Source: Lingula anatina (lineage: Eukaryota > Animalia > Brachiopoda). From it: a DNA stretch of 64,000 nucleotides. The notes beneath the pieces are model-generated. The model was not told the DNA's origin. It saw only the letters and a program-made list of their open reading frames with translations, and searched no databases. The stretch lies in contig CM120645.1 of the NCBI GenBank assembly GCA_051362555.1, positions 12,834,001 to 12,898,000 of the forward strand, read 5' to 3'. Shown piece after piece: positions 52,201 through 64,000 of the stretch (positions within the stretch are counted from its first letter, which is position 1; each line of letters begins with the position of its first letter). Both the position numbers and the translations under genes were made by a program.

Positions 52201-53489
52201 GTGTGCTAGTTTCAGAGCATGGAGCATGCTACATGTAATTACAAGTTCAAAGGGGGAAATATTTGATTTTTACCGATATATCTGATAAAGAGGAAGAATG
52301 AACAGCTTAAAAACAAAAGGTAAATAACACAACCCTCGTTAAAAAGTTATAGATTTACAAATAATCTGTACGCACGTGTGGCTTAAATGTAAACTAAATC
52401 CCGTTTTCAAACCATATCCATATGATAATGTAATAAAATTATAAATAATAATTGTTAAACGTGAAATGTTTATGCTAATTTTTTAAGAGTGTGAGAGATT
52501 TTAAATTTGTCAACTGGTAGATATATAACACAAGCAACGTCAGTATTCTCGTGATGCCAAGAAGGTCTCATGATCAATCTGTCTTTAACTTCCAGCATTT
52601 AAGAGACCTCGACTGATTTAACCAAGATGTAGTCGTGGAATTTTAGACTACATCGAGGTTAAATCCGAGTATTCCGAGAGACGCTACGCAGAAATGTCGA
52701 GTGAAGCGAGATATTTTTGGATAGCGGCGTGAGGTTGCCCTCGATCTTCACTGAAGCTTGTCTAAATGGACAGGCTTCAGTGATCATCATATCGCCACGG
52801 TCACATAACATCCCTAGGTATGTATATAATAATGATACATTCAGGAAACTAATGAAACTGTGCCGCGGAGTGATACATGTGGATAGTGAAGGCTGGATGG
52901 TGCAAATATATGACGATGAAGGATAGAGTTCGATCTAAAAGTGACAAATAAAATAATTAAGTTACATACTTTAAAAAAAGTTTTCTTTGCCATATTTGGG
53001 TTACATATTGTAAACATTCTGCTTATGACGTGGCTAACATCATACACATTCTTTGTCAAGTTTTCATAGAACCAATTCACCTTCATCTATTATCTTATAT
53101 CATCCACCACTTTTAGTTCTTGCACTTCTCACACAGGTTCTGCTCCGTTAGTTTCCTTGATGCATTATAATCCAACATTATTCTGTTGGGCATTCGAATT
53201 CCTCCAAGGCAAGAAAATCAAGCAATGGGTCGGAAAAGGTCTTAAAATCGCTGTTTTACCAAATACATGTATATGTTGGCATATGTAACATGTTGAACCA
53301 TTTTCGAAGGTCGCAAACTTCAGAGGATATTTACGGGGGGGGGGGGGGGTGTAGAGGGATTTTAAAATTCTTAAAAAAAACACTGTTGTACCGCTTTAGA
53401 TCAGTTACATAATTTTTCTTGGGGAAGTACAAACGTTAGTATCGTCATCCCCCCCCCCCACACACACACAAACAATATCGCGCACAGTT

Positions 53490-54400
53490 ACTTCTATCCG
53501 GAAGTATGTCGCATGCTTTTTATTTCAATGTCAGCTCGATTCACATCCACCACGTACAGTGTACGCATGCGGTAAATATACCCTCTAACAGGGCGACTGA
53601 AAGATTTTTACGGATATTCACAGATGTCTCTAGCTAGATAGATTGTCATTTTCAACTGAAGTCACTGACTTGAGCTTAAAATGACAATCTATCTAGCTAG
53701 AGTCATATCTGTGAATATCCGTAAAAATCTATCAGTCGCCCTGGTAGAGGGTACGGTAAATATACGTCTGTTGTAAATTAACATCGGCATGTGAGATGGC
53801 GTCATGCTAATACAATATTTAAATCCCTTGAAGGTGCAAATTAAGACAAAAGAAATGACGGCTTACGTGACGAAAAGTGTGAAGACAGTATGTGCTCTCA
53901 AATAAAAGTACCTGTAAAGAACATTAATCTGTTACATTACAAGTGTAACTTTATATTATCAACTTCTGCAATCTGAACAAACAACAGTGCGGTATCTTCA
54001 TATATTACAGGACAGTGGGTACCATTGCTATTCATGTTTACCTCTCCCCCTTAGCAGCTTTGTTGTGAACACGGAGCTACACCGTGCGTCGTGTAAAATA
54101 TAAAATGGGTCACTTCCTTGTTCACAAAACTCTGCAGATACGCACCTAGGCCTCGCCACACTTTGACAAGCCTTATCTTTTTAAGGTCATTCAACAGAGA
54201 GAAATTTGGCTGTAGGAAATCTAGGGTTAGTATAATACCTGTTACATGTGTGCTATAATTAGTACGTGTAAGCAGCAAAAAAGGCAAGATGCCCAGAAAG
54301 AATTGATGTAGATTGATCAGGATTGAATCGTGTCTTTGATAGTGTATGAGCTCCTAGGCAGGTAAGTGAAATTGCTTTGTACGGTAAGTGACATGTTCTA
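53490..54400. promoter_or_regulatory. Fourth copy of the conserved inter-pair block, upstream of gene G (no minus-strand partner)
   Basis: CCGGAAGTATGTC near 53498; TAAAATGGGTCACTTCCTTGTTCACAAAAC at 54101-54130; donor CAG|GTAAGT at 54361. Confidence 0.5.
53579..53753. mobile_element. Foldback MITE with 9-bp TSD (Mutator-like)
   Basis: Near-perfect 175-bp palindrome TACCCTCTAACAGGGCGACTGA...TCAGTCGCCCTGGTAGAGGGTA, flanked by CGGTAAATA (53570-53578, 53754-53762). Confidence 0.75.
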
Positions 54401-55916
54401 TTTAGCCTGAACCGTACATGTATTTCTCTCAAATTTTACCGACGTTATAATGCCTACAGTGTATGTAATTAGAACCGTAAGAAGACCGCGTCATTACGAT
54501 TTGTCACCAACCTACCTGTGGCAGAAGGGCGACACAACGATTAGATTGGTCTTCTCTGGTGAGACATCGTAATAACACTAGGCAGGGTGGAGATACCAGT
54601 ACAACCTAGGTTTATAAATTTTAAAATCCTTTTTACGGTGAGCGTTATGTCTTGGGCCCGTTTTCTAGTAAGGTAGTATACGGACTGGACATGTTCAATT
54701 TAATATGTATTTACGGTACGGGTTTGTTTTTTACTCTCTTTCATCAGCCTACCCACAAGTTCAATTCCTACTGTTTAGGGGGAGGGGAATGGAGTTTAGG
54801 TGACTCTCATACGAAATAGACAAGCTATCAAATTGTGGCTTACTTAAAACATACTGGTACAGGTGAGTCGCTTAATTAAATGTCTTTGATTTGGCAGTGG
54901 TGGGTTTGAAAACAAATGACCAGAGAGGACGGACACTCCTTCGGAACACCACATATAAGGAGGGTGCATGTACTAGTAGCTAGATAAAAAGTAGATAACA
55001 AAAAGGCGTGCTACCTTATCAGAACTTACTCAACGAGCAGTGTTAATCAGTTGCATCACGCCAGCCGTGTAGTATTACGGTAGTACTAAAACATGCTGTA
55101 GTGCCTGGGATTATTTGCTTCCTTGTTGATTCAATTAAAATTTTAGATTTTCTTCTATCAAAGATCTAAGAGGAAAATGCCTGGGTGATTTTTAAAATTA
55201 TTTAATTATTTATTCAAACCTTATTTTTTTAATTTGTTTCTTGTGAAAAACTATCGTTTTCGACAAATATGCAGTATAGCCTACTGCAATTCTACTCCAA
55301 AAGTACATAGGTTTGTACAGAGAGGAGCATTAATGCAGTAGATTAGCAGCATGATAGAAGCATGTTTCAAATATGCTAATTAGCTCCCAAATCGAAGCAG
55401 ATTTGAAGCATGTTTGCAGTATGATTGCAGTAGTCTACCGCGGTTTGCAGTATGATTGCAGTAGTCTACTGCGCTGGAGTATCTACTGCGTTATATTGCG
55501 GGTGATTTTAACGTTTGACCTTCTTTTTACCATGAATTGAACTTTGCAAATTTTCCAGCCATTATATCGCCAAAAATGGCAGAAAACTTCCATTATCGCA
55601 TATGTAACTTATCACAATTTTTGCATACAAATACTCTCGTCAACAGATAGGAAGTGACACGCAAATTTTTATATCAGTATCCATTAGACCACATCTGGAT
55701 TCGCTTTTTTTTCGTTCTTTTTTATTTTTTGCTCTCATTGTTAGTGGTTGTTTTGAAAGTGTTCATACGTCAGTGAGTTTGATTTTTCATTTTATTGTTT
55801 AACTACCATTAATTATTTATTCATTTATATATATGATATTTATTCTATCATAACATAAAGCTGTACATAGAAACCATTTCTTATAAAGTGGTTTGGCTTT
55901 TTTGCAACATACTTAA

Positions 55917-56251
55917 AGGGATAATAACTGTTTGTTTTGGCCAAAAATGAATTTTCCTGGAGAAAAAATAAATTCCTTATACTTACCAATGGTTAATAAA
56001 TCTATTTCTTCATTCAAAGTTAGACCCTGTTTTTTTCTTCTAAAAAAAGGTATTTTTTTTATAATCTCTTAAGAGATTATAAGATTGTTTAGCTATCTAT
56101 GAGGGTCACTTGGTCTGATGACAGGCTCAGTTATCAGAATGATAGCTATAACTGCCGTTTTTGTGGTAAAGCAGAATATATTATATTTCTTTGAGTTGTT
56201 TGCAATGTTTTTATTGTGATATATAGATCTCATACGAAGTGTCATTTCCCT
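55917..56251. mobile_element. TTAA-flanked MITE (Kolobok-like)
   Basis: TTAA[AGGGATAATAAC...GTCATTTCCCT]TTAA; absent at the paralogous site near 45040. Confidence 0.6.
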
Positions 56252-56426
56252 TTAAAAACGAGTATTGCTTTGTTTATTACATTTAACACTCATTTCAGAA
56301 GACATTGCTAACTGATAATGAGTCACCCACTATGGTGATACAATGTATTATATAAGCATGGATCTTTGATTTCTATATCAAAATACTTTTTATTGACATT
56401 TAATTCAGGACAAGGACAACGAGACA

Positions 56427-59400
56427 ATGAAAGGGCTTTCGAGCATTTTAAAATCATCTCTGATATTTTGTTTACTTCGTGGATGGCAAGAAAGCGACGC
56501 AGGTAAAGGGAACAAGTTTTCACACAGGATTTACATGTACACCCCAACCCCTAATCTCCCAATGAATAACTGAATAAATAAAAAGCACGACATGAGACAA
56601 AAGAGGAACACATTTTCTGTCCTGTGCCCTACAACCATTCTTATCTGCTGATTTATGTTTTTAGCAAATGCAAGCAAGATACTTTTCATTCATGTTTCCA
56701 CCCCCTTTTACATCTAACCAAAATCCTGGATCATGCAGTGTATGCATTTACTTATTTCAAAAGTTCAAAAGATTGTTCTAATTTTGCATCGTGATTGCTA
56801 TGTTGAGTCAGACTAGAAACCAGCGTAATAGGAATGGAAGTCCTAGGAAAGGAAGTCCGGGTTCCCATATGATATTAGTACAGGTTGGGGTTAGTTGGAG
56901 TATTGGGGTTAGGATAGGGACAAATGTCACCTGTACAAAGTAACGGGAAGCGTTTCACCTTACTTTCTGCAAGGAAGCTGTCGCGATCCCCAAATTTACA
57001 AAATGTTATCCCCGTCAATAGACAGATTCGATGTAGCTATTTTCAGTACGTTATATATGTGACTAGTTTCTTTACTTATCTGTCGATGTCTGTCCTCCGA
57101 ACACTGGTGCTACTCTGGTACTAGTGGTATTTTTTTTTTTTTTTTTTTTGTGGGAGGCAATGCATATGCGAAAAATATGACGCTAAAATTAGCTAGATTG
57201 TTCGTTTATCTTACCCACACATACAGTTAACATGATCTATATCTATAACTTTTTTTAATTCAACTTCGACCTAAGTATGAAATTGATTTACATTAATAGC
57301 TCATAGACATGAATTTTTGAGATTTATTCAACCTCTGATTTTGGGATTGATTTTGAAAAAAAAAGAAAAATTAGTCTTTGTTCACATAAACCACAACCTA
57401 AAAAATGAAAAAAATTAAAATTAAAAACCAATTTACCAAATCCTTTGTATGTTTAAGGTTGTCTCGTACCAGACGTTCTTCATTCAAGTCGAACTCCATC
57501 TAATGGCGGTGTGAACAGTCAAGATATGGTTACCTACACGTGTTTAGCACCATATATCCATATATACGGTTTTCTTAGCATAATGTGTACTGACAAAAAT
57601 AATGTTTTTGATAAGGAACCGCCAGTATGTGGACGTGAGTATTTCTCTTTATATGGATTTGTACTGCAGATTACTTTTGAATAAAACTCTCATATTTTCT
57701 ATATATTTTCTAATTTTCTATTTTCGATGTGACATACTTTATCTTTGCTATCAAAACAAAATATAATTCTATTTTCGAATGAGAATACAACCGTTCCTTA
57801 CAAAGCATTTAAAACGTATTCCGCACACAGGTGTAATGAGAGTTTCACATTTAAGGCTGGGGCTGGGTGGTGAGGCATGGGTTTCAGAATGAAGACATGT
57901 ATTCTCACTGGTCTGATGAACTAACCTTTATGGTTAAAAGTGGAGGTGAGGGGTTTACATACAAGAACGCAATGATTTATATCGCTCAGTTATTATGTAT
58001 GACATGTGAGGGAGGTTGCACGACACCCAGGGTGCACTAAAATTGTGAAGACAAGAATGCGGCTTGGCTGCATTGAACTTTTTCCATGTCGACACATGTA
58101 CATGTATCTGACTCAAAAAGTGTGTACTTCACACCTCGTAATCACTCAATAAAATGCAAGCACATCATTCCATTTCAGTGCCAGAATACGTGTTGTATGC
58201 GTCTGAAAATAGAGGTCTCAATCATGGCACGTATAAGGGCGACAAGCCACTATCCCAGTGTTTAAAGGCCTGTAACGAAACCAACACATGTGAAGCAGTG
58301 GACTGGGATGGCAATTGTTACTTCCATTACAGTTCTACGTCGTGCAGTGCCCTTTACTATAGAAATGGTCCAAGCAACTATCAAATGAAGCAATGTACTG
58401 GTAAAATGCAATTTAAGGAATTTATTTGCACTAGTAATGGCGTTTTTTCAAAATGCCTTGCTTTGTACTTATAATTTTATCGATGGATTTGTAACGGGGA
58501 TGAATAATAAGTTAAACATAATTTTCAGAAAGTAGTATTACTCGTGCTTAAAAACGTATAATATACGATATTACCGGCGGTGGCTGTAATAAAATAATTA
58601 CATGAACATAACCAGTAACGTCATAAATGAGCTAATTACACAATCAGAAATATTGTGTATGAATCAACAACGCAGTAGCTATAAACTTTGGTATGTTTCC
58701 TACAGGTAATCCCGCCTACAGCTGTCCCTGCTCTACAGGAGGAACGTGTGTGAGAACATACACCTCACTGATACAGATATCTTCAGAGGAGTGTGTGTGT
58801 AACCTGGGACGTACCGGTGACCAGTGTCTTAGTTGTAAGTCTGACACTGTTTTCCATTGTTTTTTATTTTCATACTTTATAACTAAGACCGAGATTGCCT
58901 GCACAAAGAAACAAACATGTTACGATGTACATATAAGTTGTTTTATAGCCTACATGAATATGCACCTAAACAATAACTTATGCTACATTTTTATTAAAAA
59001 TGTGATGCAAGGTAAAACTTTTAGGTTCGTTATCAATATAATTAGCCATTTATTCGTGATGCTCTAAGAAATGGTCAGCATACAAAAATATATGTATGGC
59101 TACATTTATTTGACTGAGCTGGAGTGTCGTTACCTTTAGGTATAGTTTTAATGGAAATCTTTAGAGTTTTTATGCAACCAAGCGTCAGCTTTACGTCGCC
59201 GTGACTATTTACAAAAATACACTATGTTTTTAGTCGTGGAATGTTCTGCCCCAACTATTCCTAACACAGTTCGCTCTCCGGCAACTGAAGTTTACAGATT
59301 CAACAACACTGTTACCTTCACTTGCAACAGTGGGTATCAATTCAGCGATTCCAGTTCCAGCTTCACACTGACATGTACTCTTAGAGGAGAATTTGAAGGG

Positions 59401-60266
59401 GAGAGAAAAACATGTATCAGTAAGTCTGCAATAAAGAAGGCAGCGAGATAGAAAACTAAGAATAAATTGAGAATTATAAATGAAATCGTCACTCTGCTGC
59501 AGGTTGACCTTTTATTTGGTTGTTTCCGTAATTCTTCTATTATAACTTACACGAATTTGAATAAACTAGAGCAGATAAAGAAATTGAAAAAAAATCTCCA
59601 CTTCCAGGAACCTGTGAATTCCTCCATCTGGGCAATCACCAGAGACAAGTTACACAGCGTCCCGTTACCTTTGAGGGACAAACTGTCACGTATACATGCA
59701 CTGAGGGCTTCCAATTCAACGATACGTCAACAGTAAAGAACCTTACTTGCCGAGCCGATGGAACATTTGACCAGAATTTACCTAGCTGTGTTCCTATTTC
59801 TTGTGGTTTTCCTGGTAATAAACTGAATTTGAATTTTGCAGAAGGACCATATGTCTTCAAGCAGAATGTGACGTTTTCTTGCTTTCCTGGATATCATTTT
59901 GCTGGATATGACGCCAAAGCGTCGTTTACGTCACAATGCATCAGAACAGACACTTTGGAACCACCTGTACCTGACTGCAAAAAAAGAACATGCACTTTGC
60001 CTTATTTAAACAATACAGTTACAACTTCTAATAGTACGAATCTATTCTTCATGACTTCAGTTGAATTCAAATGCATGAGAGGATTTCAGTTCCCGGATGG
60101 TAATACTAGTGTAACCTTGACGTGCGATGCAACCGGTGGATTTGGGGTGGATTCTCTTAGTTGTACAGGTGCGGGTTTTTAATGAATATTTATAATGTAT
60201 AAGTACAAGTACCCTGAGAATCAGAGCACCCTGAGAAGGTAACGGAATAAAGGCAACGTGTTTGTC

Positions 60267-60307
<41 letters not shown>

Positions 60308-61623
60308 AATAAGCGCTTTGTCCGCTCTTTAGTTAAAAAATACACTGGAATAAGAACTCAGGGTAGGGTATGTTATCCTGTACGTTTATTTTGTATTCTT
60401 TAAAATATTGTTCGCTTTGTGTAACGTTACAAAGCTAATGGCGTCTACTTACCATTAATACAGGTTTTGTGTGCAAAGGTGGAAAGGTATTCTAAAACTG
60501 GCTGAATTAGGGTTGATTTATGAATCCTTTTTTAAAGAAGTTTGTTAGTCGTGAATACATATGAAATGCTATGCAGAGGTGTCAGAAAATACTTGTGAAG
60601 TAGTTCACCTATTTTAGGCACAATTAAGGCTTAATTTTCCCATAAATAAAAATACGCTATCTGTTATCCATAAAAACATAGAAAGTGGTTTAAGGTAACC
60701 TGTTTATTTCCTTATTATCATTCAGCGGTGTTGCCTGGGGCTGGTACCCAAGCAGCGTCCACAGATTCTAACATAGGTGCCAGTGTCGGTGTAGGCGTTA
60801 CAGGAGCAATTGTACTGATATTACTTGTTGTAATAGTTGTTGTATTCGTCAAACGTAGACGGTAAGTGTCATCAAAACGAGTTGTTTTATTTCATTTCTG
60901 TAAAAGCTAATGATAGGCCTGGGTCTCACCAATACCATATAACCATATAATTAACACATTTTCTTTGATATTTAACCTTTTATGCATTTGATGCACATTG
61001 ATGGTATCATTTAAAATGTTGTATGTATATCCGTCATGATCTATAAATTCGTTGGTTGTTGGATTGGTTGGTAAATGGAACGTTTTTCCTTTCCTTTCAG
61101 GAAACGTATGGCAAACCCAAATGAAGATATCGATGTATCAAGCAACGGAAAGCTCAGCAACACAATGCACACAACATCCAATACTCACATTGACACAAAT
61201 CTGTACGAACTCGAGGGAGAATGTCCAATGGCAGACCGGTATGATCAGTCAAATAATATGAGACAGAATTCTAATAACAAAAACCAGGCCTCTGATGTAC
61301 AGGAACTATATGCCGTGCCTGACAAATCCAAAAAGACCAAAAAAGGCAAGAAGCAACAAAATACCCCTATAAGCTATCCAGACGATGCATATGAATATGT
61401 CAGCAAACCTTCAGCCGAGGCATCTTCCGTTTCAAGACAGGATTGTAGTAGCACCTATGAACTTGCAGGGCAGTTTCACAATGGAGGCTATGCCCAGTGT
61501 ACTGATGATGCTGATGACGTGGAGTTTGTTGAAAATGATATTTATGAAACAGGAGGCGTTGACAACATGAGCCATGCGTATGTTGAGTCAGCTGAAAATG
61601 GCATTTATAATTCGTCGGTGTAA
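56427..61623 (+). CDS. Gene G: sushi-PAN-EGF-4x sushi single-pass receptor with full-length class I tail; about 669 aa
   Basis: Signal 56427-56502 ([25 protein letters not shown]), sushi1 57458-57634, PAN 58179-58400, EGF 58706-58834, sushi2 59234-59419, triple-sushi 59608-60168, TM 60726-60861, tail 61101-61623 ending ENGIYNSSV. Sum 2010 nt. Confidence 0.88.
60269..60306. repeat. (GT)n microsatellite
   Basis: Direct reading; other simple repeats are (ATT)n at about 23283 and 29550, and (GT)n plus poly-G at about 63088-63127. Confidence 0.9.
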
Positions 61624-62159
61624 TATCATTTTAGAACAGTTGCAGTGCTTTATGTTTCATATTTGGAAATCTGTTTATCTCAATGCTTGTGTTAGTAGTA
61701 TGTTGGGACAAAAATGCCTATTATGGTGACTTGCTCCACCATACAAAATGCTCTTCATAATGTTAAGTTCAGCTGATAAGCACTTTCTGGTAAATTTATG
61801 TAAACCTATTTAGTTATGTATCCAAAGTTTACTTACCGTGGAAATCCATTTTTACCAACGATGATGTATGTGGACATTAAATTCGGAATTACAAATGGAC
61901 ATTAAGCTGAAAATGTCCTTTTCCAGATATAGTTATATACCTTTGTATAGATAGAAGCTCTTAACTCTCCTTTTCTGGTTTTCAGCGTAAAGAGATTGAG
62001 ACTAATAGAAAAAATATGAGGTGTGATGACTTTATTGAAACTTCCTTCACCCTAAAACATGGCGTATGGTGATTGTACATGATCATAGATTTCCTTAGTA
62101 GTCAAATATTTGAAATTTTCCTCATATAGTGATTGTTTCTAATAAAATTAAAGTATACG

Positions 62160-62840
62160 TACGTGGTAGGTTACTTACAGGTGCAATAGACCGGGTATAA
62201 ATGACAACATTATAGTCTCTCTGATGAATTCGCTGATGAGTATTGTGATATTTTTTACTGATGCACAGTATAATACAAGAAATCCGAGATATATATTATG
62301 CCTAATGGAAGCTAAAAGCAAAACACGATGTGTAAATAACATGAAATATTCCACAAATGATAAATAACAAATAAATTTAAATTTAGTTGCATATTTTCTC
62401 ACAAAAATTGATAATAAAAAACTTGAAACTTCTTTGTTACATGAGTGCAATTCGACTGTGTGTTTCTACAACAAATTTATGTAACCTCCTTTACTCAATC
62501 AAACAGTCATAGAATTTTCACGCGTGTGCTTTTAATGATTTTAAACATTTTAACTCCTACATTAACGCACAGCTCGATAAACCCAAAATATAAATATGCC
62601 GAAATTGTTAGTATAATATTTCAAATCAACGTTTGTTTTGTTCCCCTTTTCTAACCGTGTGACAAAACTGGAGGTCTGTTAAAGGAGAATTCGCTCTAGG
62701 GCGGGACTAACTTGTACATGTTCAATTCAGTGGGTTCGGACCTATCTGATGCGGGGTGGACTCTCTGGTATATGAGGGGGCCCTCTGAAAACTCTGTGTT
62801 ATGCCGTGGGTTTCACAGTTAATTAAGTATGATGTGACGT
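62160..62840 (-). pseudogene. Orphan 3'-UTR-like remnant of an eighth, minus-strand class II gene
   Basis: Collinear with 20060-20840 and 35030-36095, the regions downstream of the C and E stop codons. Homology ends at TTAAGTATGATGTGACG just before the expected tail exon. Confidence 0.55.
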
Positions 62841-63092
62841 ATGTTAAGATACTCCATGGTATATTACCACTTCATAGGATAAGAATTACTACTTCATGAT
62901 AGAAGGCGACTTCATTGGTTAAAAAATAAGGACCCTTAGGAGACTTCGTAGTATATTACCACTTCATGGTACATTGTATCCAAACATGTTTCAGTTCTGG
63001 TTGGATGCGGAAATTAGGCGTAAAGGTCGATATGATGTTTCATTCTAGACCATGATTTCCAGAGTGACGCGCGTATTTGAAATGGGGTGTGT

Positions 63093-63123
<31 letters not shown>

Positions 63124-64000
63124 GGGGATAACATTACTCACTCACATGATAGTGCGTATTTTATCTCGTTGTAGTTTAATGAAGCTGTTATTTTCAGATG
63201 TTCTCGTAGATACCCGTGAGATTAACTTCTATAAATAAAGTACTTTATTTCAAGAGCTCCGGTCCAGTGACGGAAAGCATAAAGCTAGTTTTTTTGTTTT
63301 ACCCATTTAGTTTTGAGATTTTTTAGATTTCAGGACGATGAAAAACTGACAATATTTGGACGTTGAATCATGATGGGTCTAAGGCACTAGATGTATAAGA
63401 CAAACGAAGTGTATAAATGAACACATTGCCTGCCTTTAAACTAGGGCATAAAACTGACCATGTGTGGTTTGATTGACGGCGCAGGTTTATAGATGTGGCT
63501 AGTACACAGTAGCAAGAATGTATGTCCTTCCACTGTAGGTAGAGAACTCTACTAGGCAGAGAGGTTTTAATTTTGTTCCACACTAAGTGTACATTAATAT
63601 CTTTAACAAACAGTCTATTCCATTATTCGTGTTATAGAAGTATCTCTTTTGTAACTATGACATAAACGTTATGACTTGCAATAACAAGCTGTAAAAATAG
63701 GCTTTTCTATTGATATGCAACATATAAATGTTTCGAAAATATCTCGGTCGTTTGACCTCCTGGCCTATATACTTAATGAAAACGCTTAGGTCGGAAAGTC
63801 TGAAATCTGAATCATTTGAAACGGTCAACTGTCCAGATAGATGTTGGGGAGAATGAAATGCCGGGGATTCATAAAACTGGTGTAGAGCCGCATTTTGCAA
63901 CCAAAGAAAATCGTGAAAACGAATTTTTCAACCAGAACGCATTTTGCAACCAGAATTTTTTCTTAGTCAATAAATAGCTAGTGTGAATTTCTATAGAGGT

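Noticed and set aside
51884-52285. Repetitive 133-aa ORF
   Set aside because: By-product of a 93-bp minisatellite whose period is divisible by 3; no splice or domain support.

Overview
AT-rich eukaryotic (invertebrate animal; taxon not determinable from sequence) genomic DNA with GT-AG introns. The window is a cluster of seven paralogous multi-exon genes, labelled A-G here, encoding type I membrane proteins: signal peptide - sushi/CCP - PAN/Apple - EGF - four sushi/CCP - TM - tyrosine-rich cytoplasmic tail. They are arranged as head-to-head pairs A(-)/B(+), C(-)/D(+), E(-)/F(+), plus G(+), whose partner is lost. Two unrelated tail classes are exchanged between near-identical ectodomains: class I (B, D, G) has YAVP, YEYV and ENxIY motifs; class II (A, C, E, F) has YMSL, YxNV and ITIM-consensus SxYTxL motifs. 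PAN loops are hypervariable while the EGF exon is almost invariant. This resembles a paired immune/recognition receptor family; that function is inferred, not shown. Introns and intergenic DNA hold many TE relics: a tandem/inverted LTR-like array, an L1/Tx1 LINE with a 15-bp TSD, Penelope, Rex1/L2-like and mariner fragments, and MITEs. Exon boundaries were read by hand from splice signals and paralog comparison, without transcript evidence.
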